Below, piece after piece: positions 7,510 through 16,019 of a stretch of 32,000 nt of DNA (the stretch's first letter is position 1; the number at the start of each line of letters is the position of its first letter). The stretch lies in contig NC_009806.1 in assembly GCF_000017305.1 (NCBI RefSeq), positions 60,001-92,000 on the forward strand, written 5' to 3'. The DNA comes from Kineococcus radiotolerans SRS30216 = ATCC BAA-149. GTDB lineage: Bacteria > Actinomycetota > Actinomycetes > Actinomycetales > Kineococcaceae. The position numbers were made by a program, and so were the translations under genes. The notes beneath the pieces are model-generated. The model searched no databases and was not told the DNA's origin. It saw only the letters and a program-made list of their open reading frames with translations.

Positions 7510-8915
7510 CCCACTCATTCCACCCACCCGTCGGCGTTACCGCTGCTGGGCCCGGCTCGCCCTGGCTCCTGTGCCTGCCCGACGTGCAGTCACCGGTGCG
7601 CGGCCACCGACGCGCGGCCACCCACGCGCAGAGTCGATGCGCCTACTGGGTGATCAGCGCAGGACTGACCCGCGCGGGGCGTTACCCTCCCGGCATGGAG
7701 GTGCCCTTCACCGACCCCTCTCTCAGGAGGGCTCCGGTCAGAAGCAGCACCGCTGGATGGTTCGCGAGCAGTTGCCTGCTCATCGTCGCGATCCTCTTCA
7801 GCGGGGTGGCTCACCACGCTGCCCCGCTCCCCACGCACAGCACCTTCACGACGTGGTCGGCAGCTGCCACCGCCTCTCACTCGCACGGCGCCAGCGACAA
7901 GGCCGGCGCCCACGAGGAAGTCACCTCCCATCGCCGCGGCCTGCTACGCAGCCTGCGGCATGCGCTGAGCACACGGCGCCAGCTTCGCTCGCGCAATCAC
8001 TTCGCTTCCCGGCGCGATCGGATCGGGCAGGGTCACCACGCCCGCCCGCGACACCAGCGTCCACTGCATACCCGTCGCCGACTTCGGGCCTCTCGACGCC
8101 ACCTCATGCTGTGTGTGCACCGCGTGTGATCAGCCGCGGCTAGCCGGCAACACTTGATGTCTGCCCGGTAGATGGGCTGTCGATTGAGCCTGATCATCGC
8201 GCCTGCAGGCACGCAGGCTGAATTGTTTACCTCAGCGCCTTGATCCGACCGCGGTAGCACGGTGATTCCGGCCGTGAGTGCACCAACGTCGGTGGCAGAC
8301 ACCAGTCTTTGAAGACTCTGCAGCCACCTGCGCTTGAGCCTCGATTGCGGTACCGCCGCCGAGGACCCACGTCGCGGGTGCCCTGCACCAAGGTGTTCAG
8401 CAGCCGAGGCGTCCAGCAAGCGAGGCGTCCAGCAGCGGTGTGGCCGCCGATCTACTAGCCGGTGTCAGCAGAACGGCACGCCACCACGCTGGTCACTACC
8501 GACGTTAGTCACCGCCACGCAACTGATGGCTTTTTGACCTTGCCTACTGGCGACTGCCTCCCGACTGCTGGCCGCGGCTGGCGTACGAAGGGATACCCCT
8601 GTAGCCGGGGCCGTCGCTGAATCGCCGGGCTAACTATCAGGGCTGCTGCCCATGCTTTCTGGTCGCTGCCGCTGGCTGCCGCCCAGCGCAGCCCAGCCCA
8701 CCGTCGTCGCTGCGAGTCGCAGCGTCGCGCGGCAGTGCCCTCCTGTCATCGACAGTCCTTTCGAGTGCTACCCATCCAATGACACCTCGCGTTCCTCACG
8801 ACCCGTCCAGGCACCTGCGCTCAGGCACTTGCGCTCAGGCGTCTCCCACCAGAAGGGCTCCACGGTGGAGGCCTAGGCGGTGGTCGGGGATCGCTCGCAG
8901 GTGTGGGGAGAAGAT

Positions 8916-10121
8916 ATGACTTACACGAACGTCAACCCACGTGATCCACAGCTCAAGCAGGGAGCATCGAGTGCTTTTACCGGCTTCCGCGCCGATATCG
9001 AAGGCTTGCGTGCCGTCGCCATCGGCTTGGTGTTCCTGTTCAATGCTCAGGTGCCGTTCTTCAACGGCGGCTTCATCGGCGTCGACGTCTTCTTCGTCAT
9101 CTCAGGCTTCCTGATCACTGGCCTGCTGGTGCGGGAAGTCGAACGCACCGGGACCGTCTCCCTGGCCGCCTTCTACGCCCGCCGGGCCCGGCGCATCCTG
9201 CCCAGCGCCACCCTCGTCCTGCTCGTGACCTTGCTGGTGTGCGCGGCGGTGCTGCCGCAGGAGCGAGTGCAGGCCATCGCCCTCGATGGGCTCGCCGCGA
9301 CGCTGCAGGTCGCCAACTGGTGGTTCCTCAGCTTCGACGCCTCCACTTTGGCCCCGCAGATTGCCGACAGCCCGCTGCTGCACTACTGGTCGCTGGCGGT
9401 AGAGGAGCAGTTCTACCTGCTGTGGCCGGTGACGGTGCTGCTGGTGGCCGCTCACGCCCGCCGGCGCGGGCGTGATGCGCGCCGGGCCCTGGTGATGGCG
9501 ATCGCGGTGATCACTCTGGTCTCGTGGGCGCTGCACGCGGTGCTGTCGGTGCTGGCCTTCCAAGCCGCCTTCTTCTCCGGCCCCACCCGCGCCTGGCAGC
9601 TGGGCGCGGGAGCCCTTCTTGCCCTTACAGCCCCCACCGTGACCCGCTGGGCGCAGCGCCACCTCGGCGCCCACGCGGCGCAGTGGCTGGCGGGCTCAGG
9701 CGCCCTGCTCCTGCTAACCACGCCGCTGTGGTCCGCACGGTGGGGCCTGTCGATCACGGCCACCCTGGCCACGGCGGCCACCGCGCTGATCATCGCCGCG
9801 GGTGGGCTGCCCGGGGCTCCCACCGTGGTTGCCCGCCTGCTCTCCACCCCGGTGGTGCGCTTCGCCGGGCGCCTGTCCTATGTCTGGTACCTGTGGCACG
9901 TGCCCTTCCTCGTGGCCGCGGAGAGCATGGGGGTGCACTCCTGGCGGCTGCTGCTGGGGGTGGAGCTGCTCGCGGCGGTGCCGGCGGTGGCGACGATGCT
10001 GCTAGTGGAGCGACCGTTCCTCGTCTCGACGCGCTTTCGCGCCACCCGCAGTGGTCTGCTCCTGGGGGCGCTGGCCACCACGGTGGCCGGCGGCGTCGCC
10101 CTGACCCTGGCCTTGGTGTGA
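8916..10121 (+). CDS. Acyltransferase family 3 (OafA/YrhL-like) integral membrane O-acyltransferase
   Basis: Start placed at ATG 8916 (MTYTNVNP), preceded by GGGGAGAAG. Motif FRADIEGLRAVAIGLVF...GGFIGVDVFFVISGFLIT is the family-3 N-terminal signature. About 10 predicted TM segments. Confidence 0.85.
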   Translation: MTYTNVNPRDPQLKQGASSAFTGFRADIEGLRAVAIGLVFLFNAQVPFFNGGFIGVDVFFVISGFLITGLLVREVERTGTVSLAAFYARRARRILPSATLVLLVTLLVCAAVLPQERVQAIALDGLAATLQVANWWFLSFDASTLAPQIADSPLLHYWSLAVEEQFYLLWPVTVLLVAAHARRRGRDARRALVMAIAVITLVSWALHAVLSVLAFQAAFFSGPTRAWQLGAGALLALTAPTVTRWAQRHLGAHAAQWLAGSGALLLLTTPLWSARWGLSITATLATAATALIIAAGGLPGAPTVVARLLSTPVVRFAGRLSYVWYLWHVPFLVAAESMGVHSWRLLLGVELLAAVPAVATMLLVERPFLVSTRFRATRSGLLLGALATTVAGGVALTLALV

Positions 10122-10228
10122 CCTTCGCCCTGGTCTAGCCCGCACCCTAGGTCGGATCGGGTGCCAGCCTGCTCCTGACCTGCTGTGGTCGGGCTCACGT
10201 CACGGGCAGCCCCTCCTCAGCTGCGCGC

Positions 10229-10246
10229 ATACCCCCTAGGGGTTAT
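10229..10246. promoter_or_regulatory. CsoR-type operator-like near-palindrome (ATACCCCCTAGGGGTTAT)
   Basis: GC-tract pseudo-palindrome TACCCCC-TA-GGGGT(T)A, 10-35 nt upstream of the DUF6153-like/DUF305 gene pair. It resembles the two perfect palindromes upstream of csoR in this window. Confidence 0.6.
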
Positions 10247-10279
10247 GGTGCCTCCGTGGTCGGCATCAGGCAGCGCGCG

Positions 10280-10951
10280 ATGACCAGGATGGTCATCGCG
10301 CGCTGCCTGCTGAGCACCGCCGTGATGCTGGGCTTGTGCGCCATGCACGTACTCGCCGCCGCTAGCAGCATCACCAGCCTCAACCTCAAGGCCAGCAGCG
10401 CGGCGTCGTCCGCTCCTGCCGCCACCCCCACCATTGCCGATCCAGCCACCGCCACAGCCACCGACGCACCTACCCCGGCCCCGGTCTCCGCAGCCCTTCC
10501 TGCACCCGATCCCGTCATGGCCGGGCCCGGGCACCTAAGCCGTGCCGGGCTCGCAGGTGGGCTTGCGGATGGGCCCGCGGGTGGGCCTGCGGGTGGGCCT
10601 GAGGCGGGAATGGGGGCGATGGCAACAGGCTCCGGCCAGGCGGCTGGTCAGAGAACCGGCCATGTAACTGGTCACGGCCCTGGTCGTGTGGCTGGTCATG
10701 GCGGGACTTCGGTGTTGCATCAGGTGGCGGCCGGGGAGCATGACCACGGCTCGGTGAGCGACTGCGTCCTCTTCCTGGGCGCCGGTATCGCGCTGCTGGT
10801 GCTGCTCGTGGCCGCAGCCGCGGCCCGAGCCCTGCGCCCCTCCTACTGGATGCTCACCGGCTGGCCGCAAGTCCTCATGGCTTGCACCCCGTGGCGTGGG
10901 CCTCCGGTGTGGCACTGGCCACGCATCCACCTGTGCGTGATCCGGATTTAG
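10280..10951 (+). CDS. DUF6153-like membrane protein (hypothetical, copper-cluster associated)
   Basis: N-terminal TM with a GLCAMHVLAA motif, a Pro/Ala/Gly-rich linker, a His-rich patch (HVTGHGPGRVAGHG, EHDHGSVSDC), a second TM and a C-terminal ...HLCVIRI tail. From memory this resembles the DUF6153 family found next to DUF305 genes. The start is either GTG 10256 or ATG 10280. Confidence 0.45.
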   Translation: MTRMVIARCLLSTAVMLGLCAMHVLAAASSITSLNLKASSAASSAPAATPTIADPATATATDAPTPAPVSAALPAPDPVMAGPGHLSRAGLAGGLADGPAGGPAGGPEAGMGAMATGSGQAAGQRTGHVTGHGPGRVAGHGGTSVLHQVAAGEHDHGSVSDCVLFLGAGIALLVLLVAAAAARALRPSYWMLTGWPQVLMACTPWRGPPVWHWPRIHLCVIRI

Positions 10952-11033
10952 GCCGACTACTGCGTCCCCGGCGGTGATACCGCCCTCGCTAGTCGACCCC
11001 TTGATCCTTCACATCATCAGGAGTTTGAGCTTC

Positions 11034-11831
11034 ATGCGTACTTTCCCGTTCACCAGCACCCTCACCCTCACCGGCACCGGCACCGGCACCGGCACCGGCA
11101 GCAATGGCACCCGGGGCACCCGTCGTGGCCTTGCTCGCGCCGGCGCCCTGAGCGCTGCCGCTGTGTTGACCCTGGGGCTGGCCGCCTGCGGTGGTCAGGA
11201 CAGCGGCTCGATGGATCACTCGTCGATGGCCTCGTCCTCGACGAGCTCGTCGAGTCCTGCCACCAGTGAAACGAGCGCGGCCACCGACGCCGTTGACGCC
11301 GTTGACGCCGAGCACAACGACCAGGACGTCATGTTCGCGCAGATGATGATCGTGCACCACCAGGGCGCCATCGAGATGGCTCAGATGGCCACCACTCAAG
11401 CCTCCAGCCAGGAGGTCAAGGACCTCGCTGCGAACATCGAGTCCGCCCAGCAGCCGGAGATCGATCAGATGACTTCCTGGCTCGAGGCGTGGGGTGAGCC
11501 GGTCTCGGCCGACTCCTCGACGGGCGGCATGGACCACTCCACGATGGACCCCTCGGCCGACTCCTCGATGTCCGGAACCTCCGAGACGTCGGGGATGTCG
11601 GGGATGATGACCGAGGAGCAGATGACTCAGCTGCAGAACGCCACCGGCGTCGACTTCGATCGGATGTTCCTGCAGATGATGATCGAGCACCACACTGGCG
11701 CGGTGCAGATGGCTGAGACCGAGCAGCAGCAGGGCTCCAACCCTCAAGCCCTGGAACTGGCTGACTCGATCGTGACCTCGCAGACCGAGGAGATCAGTCA
11801 GATGCAGCAGATGCTGACCACTCTGGGCTGA
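11034..11831 (+). CDS. DUF305 domain lipoprotein (probable Tat-exported), Met/His-rich
   Basis: AGGAG RBS before ATG 11034. GTRRGLARAG twin-Arg-like n-region and LGLAAC lipobox. Two DUF305 signatures (DVMFAQMMIVHHQGAIEMAQ and DRMFLQMMIEHHTGAVQMAE). Met/Ser/Asp/His-rich linkers (MDHSSM, MDHSTMDPSADSSMSGTSETSGMSGMM). Confidence 0.85.
   Translation: MRTFPFTSTLTLTGTGTGTGTGSNGTRGTRRGLARAGALSAAAVLTLGLAACGGQDSGSMDHSSMASSSTSSSSPATSETSAATDAVDAVDAEHNDQDVMFAQMMIVHHQGAIEMAQMATTQASSQEVKDLAANIESAQQPEIDQMTSWLEAWGEPVSADSSTGGMDHSTMDPSADSSMSGTSETSGMSGMMTEEQMTQLQNATGVDFDRMFLQMMIEHHTGAVQMAETEQQQGSNPQALELADSIVTSQTEEISQMQQMLTTLG
11070..11099. repeat. Hexanucleotide repeat (ACCGGC)5 in frame, encoding (TG)5 ahead of the signal peptide
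   Basis: Direct reading: accggc x5. It is the reverse complement of the intergenic (GCCGGT)n tract at 16722-16790. Confidence 0.9.
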
Positions 11832-11838
11832 GTTGACG

Positions 11839-11868
11839 CCGCGCGGGAGCCGACCGGCTCCCGCGCGG
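11839..11868 (+). terminator. GC-rich hairpin (12-14 bp stem) directly after the DUF305 lipoprotein stop; intrinsic-terminator-like but with no U tract
   Basis: ccgcgcgggagccg-ac-cggctcccgcgcgg is a perfect inverted repeat starting 8 nt after the stop codon. There is no T-run, as is common for actinobacterial I-shaped terminators. Confidence 0.55.
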
Positions 11869-12189
11869 TACCCAGCCCCGACCCGCCCCCACCTACCCCG
11901 CCCGGCCCGCCCACCCTGGCCTGCCCCGTCGTGACGCTGACCTGCAGCTCTGGCGAGCCGGGACCTGACCGTCCGGATCTTGATTGGCACGGTCTCGACT
12001 GCCTGGGACAAGGCTCGGCTAGCTCAGGCGTCGGGGCGTCACCTCTGGCGCGACCCGCCGGTGCGGCGACACTGCCCCAGCCTCCTCTGCGCTCCCGCCT
12101 GCTCTGGTCCATGCCTCCAGGTGGGCCTCTTGCCGCTGCATCTCCCGCGGCTTTGCCCTAGGCCGCCCGCAGCCTGACCAGCTGCATTT

Positions 12190-12206
12190 GTACCCCCTGG
12201 GGGTAC
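12190..12206. promoter_or_regulatory. CsoR operator-like palindrome 1 (GTACCCCCTGGGGGTAC)
   Basis: Perfect 17-bp palindrome of the TACCC..GGGTA class used by CsoR repressors. It lies 59 nt upstream of the csoR ATG. Confidence 0.75.
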
Positions 12207-12216
12207 TTGCCAGGAT

Positions 12217-12233
12217 GTACCCCCTGGGGGTAC
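12217..12233. promoter_or_regulatory. CsoR operator-like palindrome 2 (GTACCCCCTGGGGGTAC)
   Basis: Identical perfect palindrome, 27 bp centre-to-centre from copy 1 and 32 nt upstream of the csoR ATG. With flanks (TGTAC...GTACA) it is a 19-bp palindrome. Confidence 0.75.
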
Positions 12234-12264
12234 AACAGAGGTATCAACGAGCTAGGAGGCGGCC

Positions 12265-12546
12265 ATGGTCGGCTACGACACCCACAAGGACGAGGTCCTC
12301 AAGCGCCTGCGCCGGATCGAGGGGCAGGTCCGCGGCCTGCACCGCATGGTCGAGGAGGACACCTACTGCATCGACGTCCTCACCCAGGTGTCCGCGGCCA
12401 CCAAGGCACTGCAGGCGGTGGCCCTGTCCCTCCTCGATGACCACCTAGCGCACTGCGTCGCCGACGCCGCCCGTCAAGGCGGTGAGGTCGCCGACGCCAA
12501 GGTGAAGGAAGCCTCCGACGCCATCGCCCGCCTCGTGCGTTCTTGA
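12265..12546 (+). CDS. csoR: Copper-sensing transcriptional repressor CsoR (DUF156 family)
   Basis: AGGAGG RBS. Sequence RLRRIEGQVRGLHRMVEEDTYCIDVLTQVSAATKALQAV...LDDHLAHCV carries the C-H-C Cu(I) ligand pattern (YC...HxxHC) of CsoR. Confidence 0.9.
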   Translation: MVGYDTHKDEVLKRLRRIEGQVRGLHRMVEEDTYCIDVLTQVSAATKALQAVALSLLDDHLAHCVADAARQGGEVADAKVKEASDAIARLVRS

Positions 12547-12636
12547 TCCACCACCCCTGCGCCGACACCCCCAGCGCACCCTGCACCAGACGGCACGACA
12601 CCGCTGATCTGGTCCATCCGCGAAGGAGCAATCCCG

Positions 12637-13059
12637 ATGGCTGAAGACCTCAAGCTCACCGCCGGCCCCACCGACGTTCCGGCCTCCTCCGGGTGTGCGT
12701 GCTGCGCACCCGCCGACACGACTGGCTCCGCCACCACCCCCGTCGGGTCCTCCGCTTCCGCCTCGTCCAACGAGGGGCCCAGCGAAGGGTCCAGCGGGGG
12801 ACCCAGCAAGGGAGTCGATGACGAGGGTGGCGCTGCGGTGCGTTCGTCCTACGCGGTGATTGGCATGACGTGCGGGCACTGCGTCAGCGCGGTGCGCTCC
12901 GAACTGAGTACGGTGCCGGGCGTGCGCGCGGTCGACATCGACCTCGTCGTCGGTGGCGCTACCACCGTCACTGTCACCTCGGATGCCGCACTGGAGCACG
13001 ACACCGTCGCCGGCGCCATCGACGAGGCCGGCTACGAGCTGGCTGGTCAGCGTTCTTGA
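12637..13059 (+). CDS. copZ: Heavy-metal-associated (HMA) domain copper chaperone with a long N-terminal Cys-containing extension
   Basis: GAAGGAG RBS. C-terminal ~70 aa form a ferredoxin-like HMA domain with MTCGHC. The N-terminal ~70 aa are Ser/Gly/Pro-rich and contain a GCACC motif. Confidence 0.8.
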   Translation: MAEDLKLTAGPTDVPASSGCACCAPADTTGSATTPVGSSASASSNEGPSEGSSGGPSKGVDDEGGAAVRSSYAVIGMTCGHCVSAVRSELSTVPGVRAVDIDLVVGGATTVTVTSDAALEHDTVAGAIDEAGYELAGQRS

Positions 13060-13259
13060 TCCTCCTCCCCAACCTCCCGCCGCTGCAGCCCACCTCATCC
13101 CCCGCCCGCACAGCCGTCGCCACGGGTCGTGCCGTCGCGGGCTAGGCGACATGGATTGAGTGAGCTGCCTCCCCAGTAGCGAACCGTGGCACCGAACCGT
13201 GGCACTGCCCCGTGGCACCGCACCGCAGTATCGAACTGCCCTGGATCAAGGAGATCCGC

Positions 13260-15863
13260 ATGAGTGAGCACACCACTCGCCCAACCCCAGGCGGTGACGT
13301 CGCCGCCGCTGCCTCTACCGCCGCTGCTTCCGCCGGTGCTGCCTCTACTGACGGGACCCTCGGCGCTACCTCAGCTACGCAGCAGCCCACGCCGAAGCCC
13401 ATGCAACGTCAACAGCCCAAGCAGCCGGTGGCCGAGGTGACGCCCCTGCAGGTGGTGGAACTCAACATCAGCGGCATGACGTGCGCCTCGTGCGCAGCGC
13501 GTATCGAGAAGAAGCTCAACAAGATGCCCGGGGTCGAGGCCAGCGTGAACTACGCCACCGAGAAAGCACGGGTCGCCCTGCCCGCCGGTACCGACGTCGA
13601 AGCCGCCATCAAGGTCGTGCAGGCCACCGGCTACAGCGCCGCCCTACCGCCGGCTCCCCGCCCCAGCGCAACCCCGACCCACCTGCGCAGCAACGCTGCA
13701 CATGGTGTGGAACATGGTGAGGAAGGTGGCGGCCAGCACGGCGAGCAGAACAGTGGGCACGACGGTGGGCACGACGGTGGGCACGACGGTGGACAGGACG
13801 AGGAGCACGGTGCAGGTGAGACACGGGCTCTGCGCCAGCGGCTGCTGATCTCCCTCGCCCTCAGCGTGCCGGTGGTGGTGCTGGCCATGGTGCCGGCGCT
13901 GCAGTTCACCTACTGGCAGTGGCTCTCGCTGACCCTGGCCGCACCGGTGGCGATCTGGGGGGCGTGGCCCTTCCACCGCGCAGCTGCCCTCAACGCCCGT
14001 CACGGCGCGGCCACCATGGACACCCTCATCAGCGTCGGGGTTCTCGCCGCCTTCGCGTGGTCGCTGTACGCGTTGTTCTTCGGCGGCGCCGGGATGGCCG
14101 GCATGCGGATGGCGTTCACGCTGCTGCCTGAGCGGGGCAGCGCCCACGCCGGGGCGGAGATCTACCTGGAGGTCGCCGCCGCGGTGACGGTGTTCATCCT
14201 CACCGGCCGCTATCTCGAGGCCCGCGCCAAGCGCAGCTCGGGAGCTGCGCTGCGCGCCCTGCTGCACCTGGGGGCCAAAGAGGTCACCGTTCTCCGCGAG
14301 GGGGCCGAGTCACGCATCGGCATCGAGCAGCTGGGCGTCGACGACGTCTTCGTGGTGCGGCCCGGGGAGAAGATCGCCACCGACGGCGTCGTGCTCGAAG
14401 GCTCCTCGGCCATCGACGCCAGCATGCTCACCGGTGAATCGGTGCCGGTGGAAGTCGGACCCGGCGCCGCCGTCAGCGGAGCCACGGTCAACGCCGGGGG
14501 CCGGCTGCTGGTGCGCGCCACCCGCATCGGCGCCGACACGCAGCTGGCGCAGATGGCGCGCCTGGTGCAGGACGCGCAGTCCGGGAAGGCCGCGGTGCAG
14601 CGTCTGGCGGATCGGGTGTCGGGGGTCTTCGTGCCCATCGTCATCGTGCTAGCCATCGCCACCCTGGCCGGCTGGCTGCTAGCCGGTGCCGGTGCGGAGG
14701 CGGCGTTCACCGCCGCGGTCGCGGTGCTGATCATCGCCTGCCCGTGCGCGCTGGGGCTGGCCACGCCGACCGCGCTGCTGGTCGGTACCGGGCGCGGGGC
14801 GCAGCTGGGGGTGCTCATCAAGGGCCCGCAGGTGCTGGAGTCCACCCGCCGCATCGACACCGTGGTGCTGGACAAGACCGGCACCATCACCACCGGGCAG
14901 ATGAGCCTGACCGGGGTGCACCCGGCTCCTGGAGTCGATGAGACCCAACTGCTGCGTCTGGCCGGTGCCCTGGAGCACGCCTCGGAGCACCCCATCGCCG
15001 CCGCCATCACCACCGGTGCCCGCCAACGCCTGAGCAGCGCAAACGGCAACGCAGACGGCAGCGCAAACGGCAGCGCAAACGGCAGCGTGCAACTGCCCGC
15101 GGTGACGTCTTTCGCCTCCACCGGCGGCCTCGGGGTCACCGGTGTCGTCGAAGGGCACGCCGTCATCGCTGGCCGCGCTTCCTGGCTGGCGCAGCAGTGG
15201 TCCCAGCCTCCGCCCGTGGAGCTGTCCGAAGCCGCCGCCGCCGCGGAAGGCGAGGGACGCACCGCTGTCGCGGTCGGCTGGGACGGGCAGGTTCGTGGGG
15301 TGCTGGTGGTCGCCGACACCGTCAAGACCTCCAGCGCCGTCGCGGTGGCGCAGATGCGCGAACTGGGTCTGCGCCCGGTGCTACTGACCGGTGACAACGC
15401 CCGCGCCGCCCGCGCGGTCGCCGAGCAGGTCGGCATCGACGACGTCATCGCCGAGGTCCTGCCCGCCGGCAAGCTCGACGCCATCACCGCCCTGCAGCGT
15501 CAAGGTCGGGTGGTGGCGATGGTCGGTGATGGCGTCAACGACGCCGCCGCCCTGGCCGGTGCTGACCTGGGCATCGCCATGGGTACCGGCACCGATGTGG
15601 CCATCGAAGCGTCCGACCTGACCCTGGTGCGCGCTGACCTGCTCGCTGTCGTCGACGCGCTGCGCCTGTCGCGCAGGACACTGTCCACCATCAAGGCCAA
15701 CCTGTTCTGGGCCTTCGCCTACAACCTCGCCGCCCTGCCGCTGGCGATCGCCGGGTTGCTCAACCCCCTGGTGGCCGGTGCCGCCATGGCCTTGTCCTCG
15801 ATCTTCGTGGTCACCAACAGCCTGCGCCTGCGCCGCTTCGCCCCCACCACCTCCCGCGCCTGA
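13260..15863 (+). CDS. copA: Cu(I)-translocating P1B-type ATPase
   Basis: AAGGAG RBS before ATG 13260. N-terminal HMA domain ([15 protein letters not shown]), TM CPC motif ([10 protein letters not shown]), DKTGTIT phosphorylation site, and [10 protein letters not shown] hinge. Confidence 0.92.
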   Translation: MSEHTTRPTPGGDVAAAASTAAASAGAASTDGTLGATSATQQPTPKPMQRQQPKQPVAEVTPLQVVELNISGMTCASCAARIEKKLNKMPGVEASVNYATEKARVALPAGTDVEAAIKVVQATGYSAALPPAPRPSATPTHLRSNAAHGVEHGEEGGGQHGEQNSGHDGGHDGGHDGGQDEEHGAGETRALRQRLLISLALSVPVVVLAMVPALQFTYWQWLSLTLAAPVAIWGAWPFHRAAALNARHGAATMDTLISVGVLAAFAWSLYALFFGGAGMAGMRMAFTLLPERGSAHAGAEIYLEVAAAVTVFILTGRYLEARAKRSSGAALRALLHLGAKEVTVLREGAESRIGIEQLGVDDVFVVRPGEKIATDGVVLEGSSAIDASMLTGESVPVEVGPGAAVSGATVNAGGRLLVRATRIGADTQLAQMARLVQDAQSGKAAVQRLADRVSGVFVPIVIVLAIATLAGWLLAGAGAEAAFTAAVAVLIIACPCALGLATPTALLVGTGRGAQLGVLIKGPQVLESTRRIDTVVLDKTGTITTGQMSLTGVHPAPGVDETQLLRLAGALEHASEHPIAAAITTGARQRLSSANGNADGSANGSANGSVQLPAVTSFASTGGLGVTGVVEGHAVIAGRASWLAQQWSQPPPVELSEAAAAAEGEGRTAVAVGWDGQVRGVLVVADTVKTSSAVAVAQMRELGLRPVLLTGDNARAARAVAEQVGIDDVIAEVLPAGKLDAITALQRQGRVVAMVGDGVNDAAALAGADLGIAMGTGTDVAIEASDLTLVRADLLAVVDALRLSRRTLSTIKANLFWAFAYNLAALPLAIAGLLNPLVAGAAMALSSIFVVTNSLRLRRFAPTTSRA
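13752..13799. repeat. 12-bp tandem repeat (GGTGGGCACGAC, 4 units, outer ones degenerate) inside copA, encoding (GGHD)n
   Basis: Direct reading: agtgggcacgac ggtgggcacgac ggtgggcacgac ggtggacaggac. In frame, between the HMA domain and the first TM helix. Confidence 0.9.
15037..15084. repeat. 12-bp tandem repeat (GCGCAAACGGCA, 4 units, one degenerate) inside copA, encoding [16 protein letters not shown]
   Basis: Direct reading: gcgcaaacggca acgcagacggca gcgcaaacggca gcgcaaacggca. In frame, and located in the cytoplasmic nucleotide-binding region after DKTGT. Confidence 0.9.
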
Positions 15864-16019
15864 TCCCGGCAGGTCCCGTGTGGATCAGCCCGACACCACA
15901 TCGAGCAGCCGTTCATCGAGAACCCGTTCAGGGACCAGTTCGAGTACCGGCCAAGTACCAGTGCGACGACCAAGGCGCGAAGCCACGGCACCTTCCGAAA
16001 ACTCACCGAGGGAGAAGTC

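Noticed and set aside
6610-8129. ORFs 6610-7527 (minus, 305 aa), 6657-7184 (minus) and 6717-8129 (plus, 470 aa) overlapping the M15 peptidase gene.
   Set aside because: Arg/Gly/Pro-rich shadow frames; the M15 frame carries the catalytic motifs and an RBS. The tail of the 470-aa frame contains a possible separate ORF (ATG 7695 to 8129, 144 aa, one TM-like segment, very basic C-terminus). I could not support it with an RBS or any family resemblance, so it is not called.
10989-13218. Antisense or alternative-frame ORFs across DUF305, csoR and copZ (10989-12011 minus, 340 aa; 12445-13218 minus, 257 aa; 12188-12448 plus; 12207-12440 plus).
   Set aside because: Gly/Arg-rich shadow ORFs. Two of them would start inside the CsoR operator palindromes. 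The annotated frames carry diagnostic motifs.
13644-15487. Minus-strand ORFs inside copA (13644-14267, 207 aa; 14210-15487, 425 aa; 14679-15158).
   Set aside because: Antisense to a P-type ATPase with all canonical motifs. Ser/Thr/Ala/Arg-rich compositions with no motifs.
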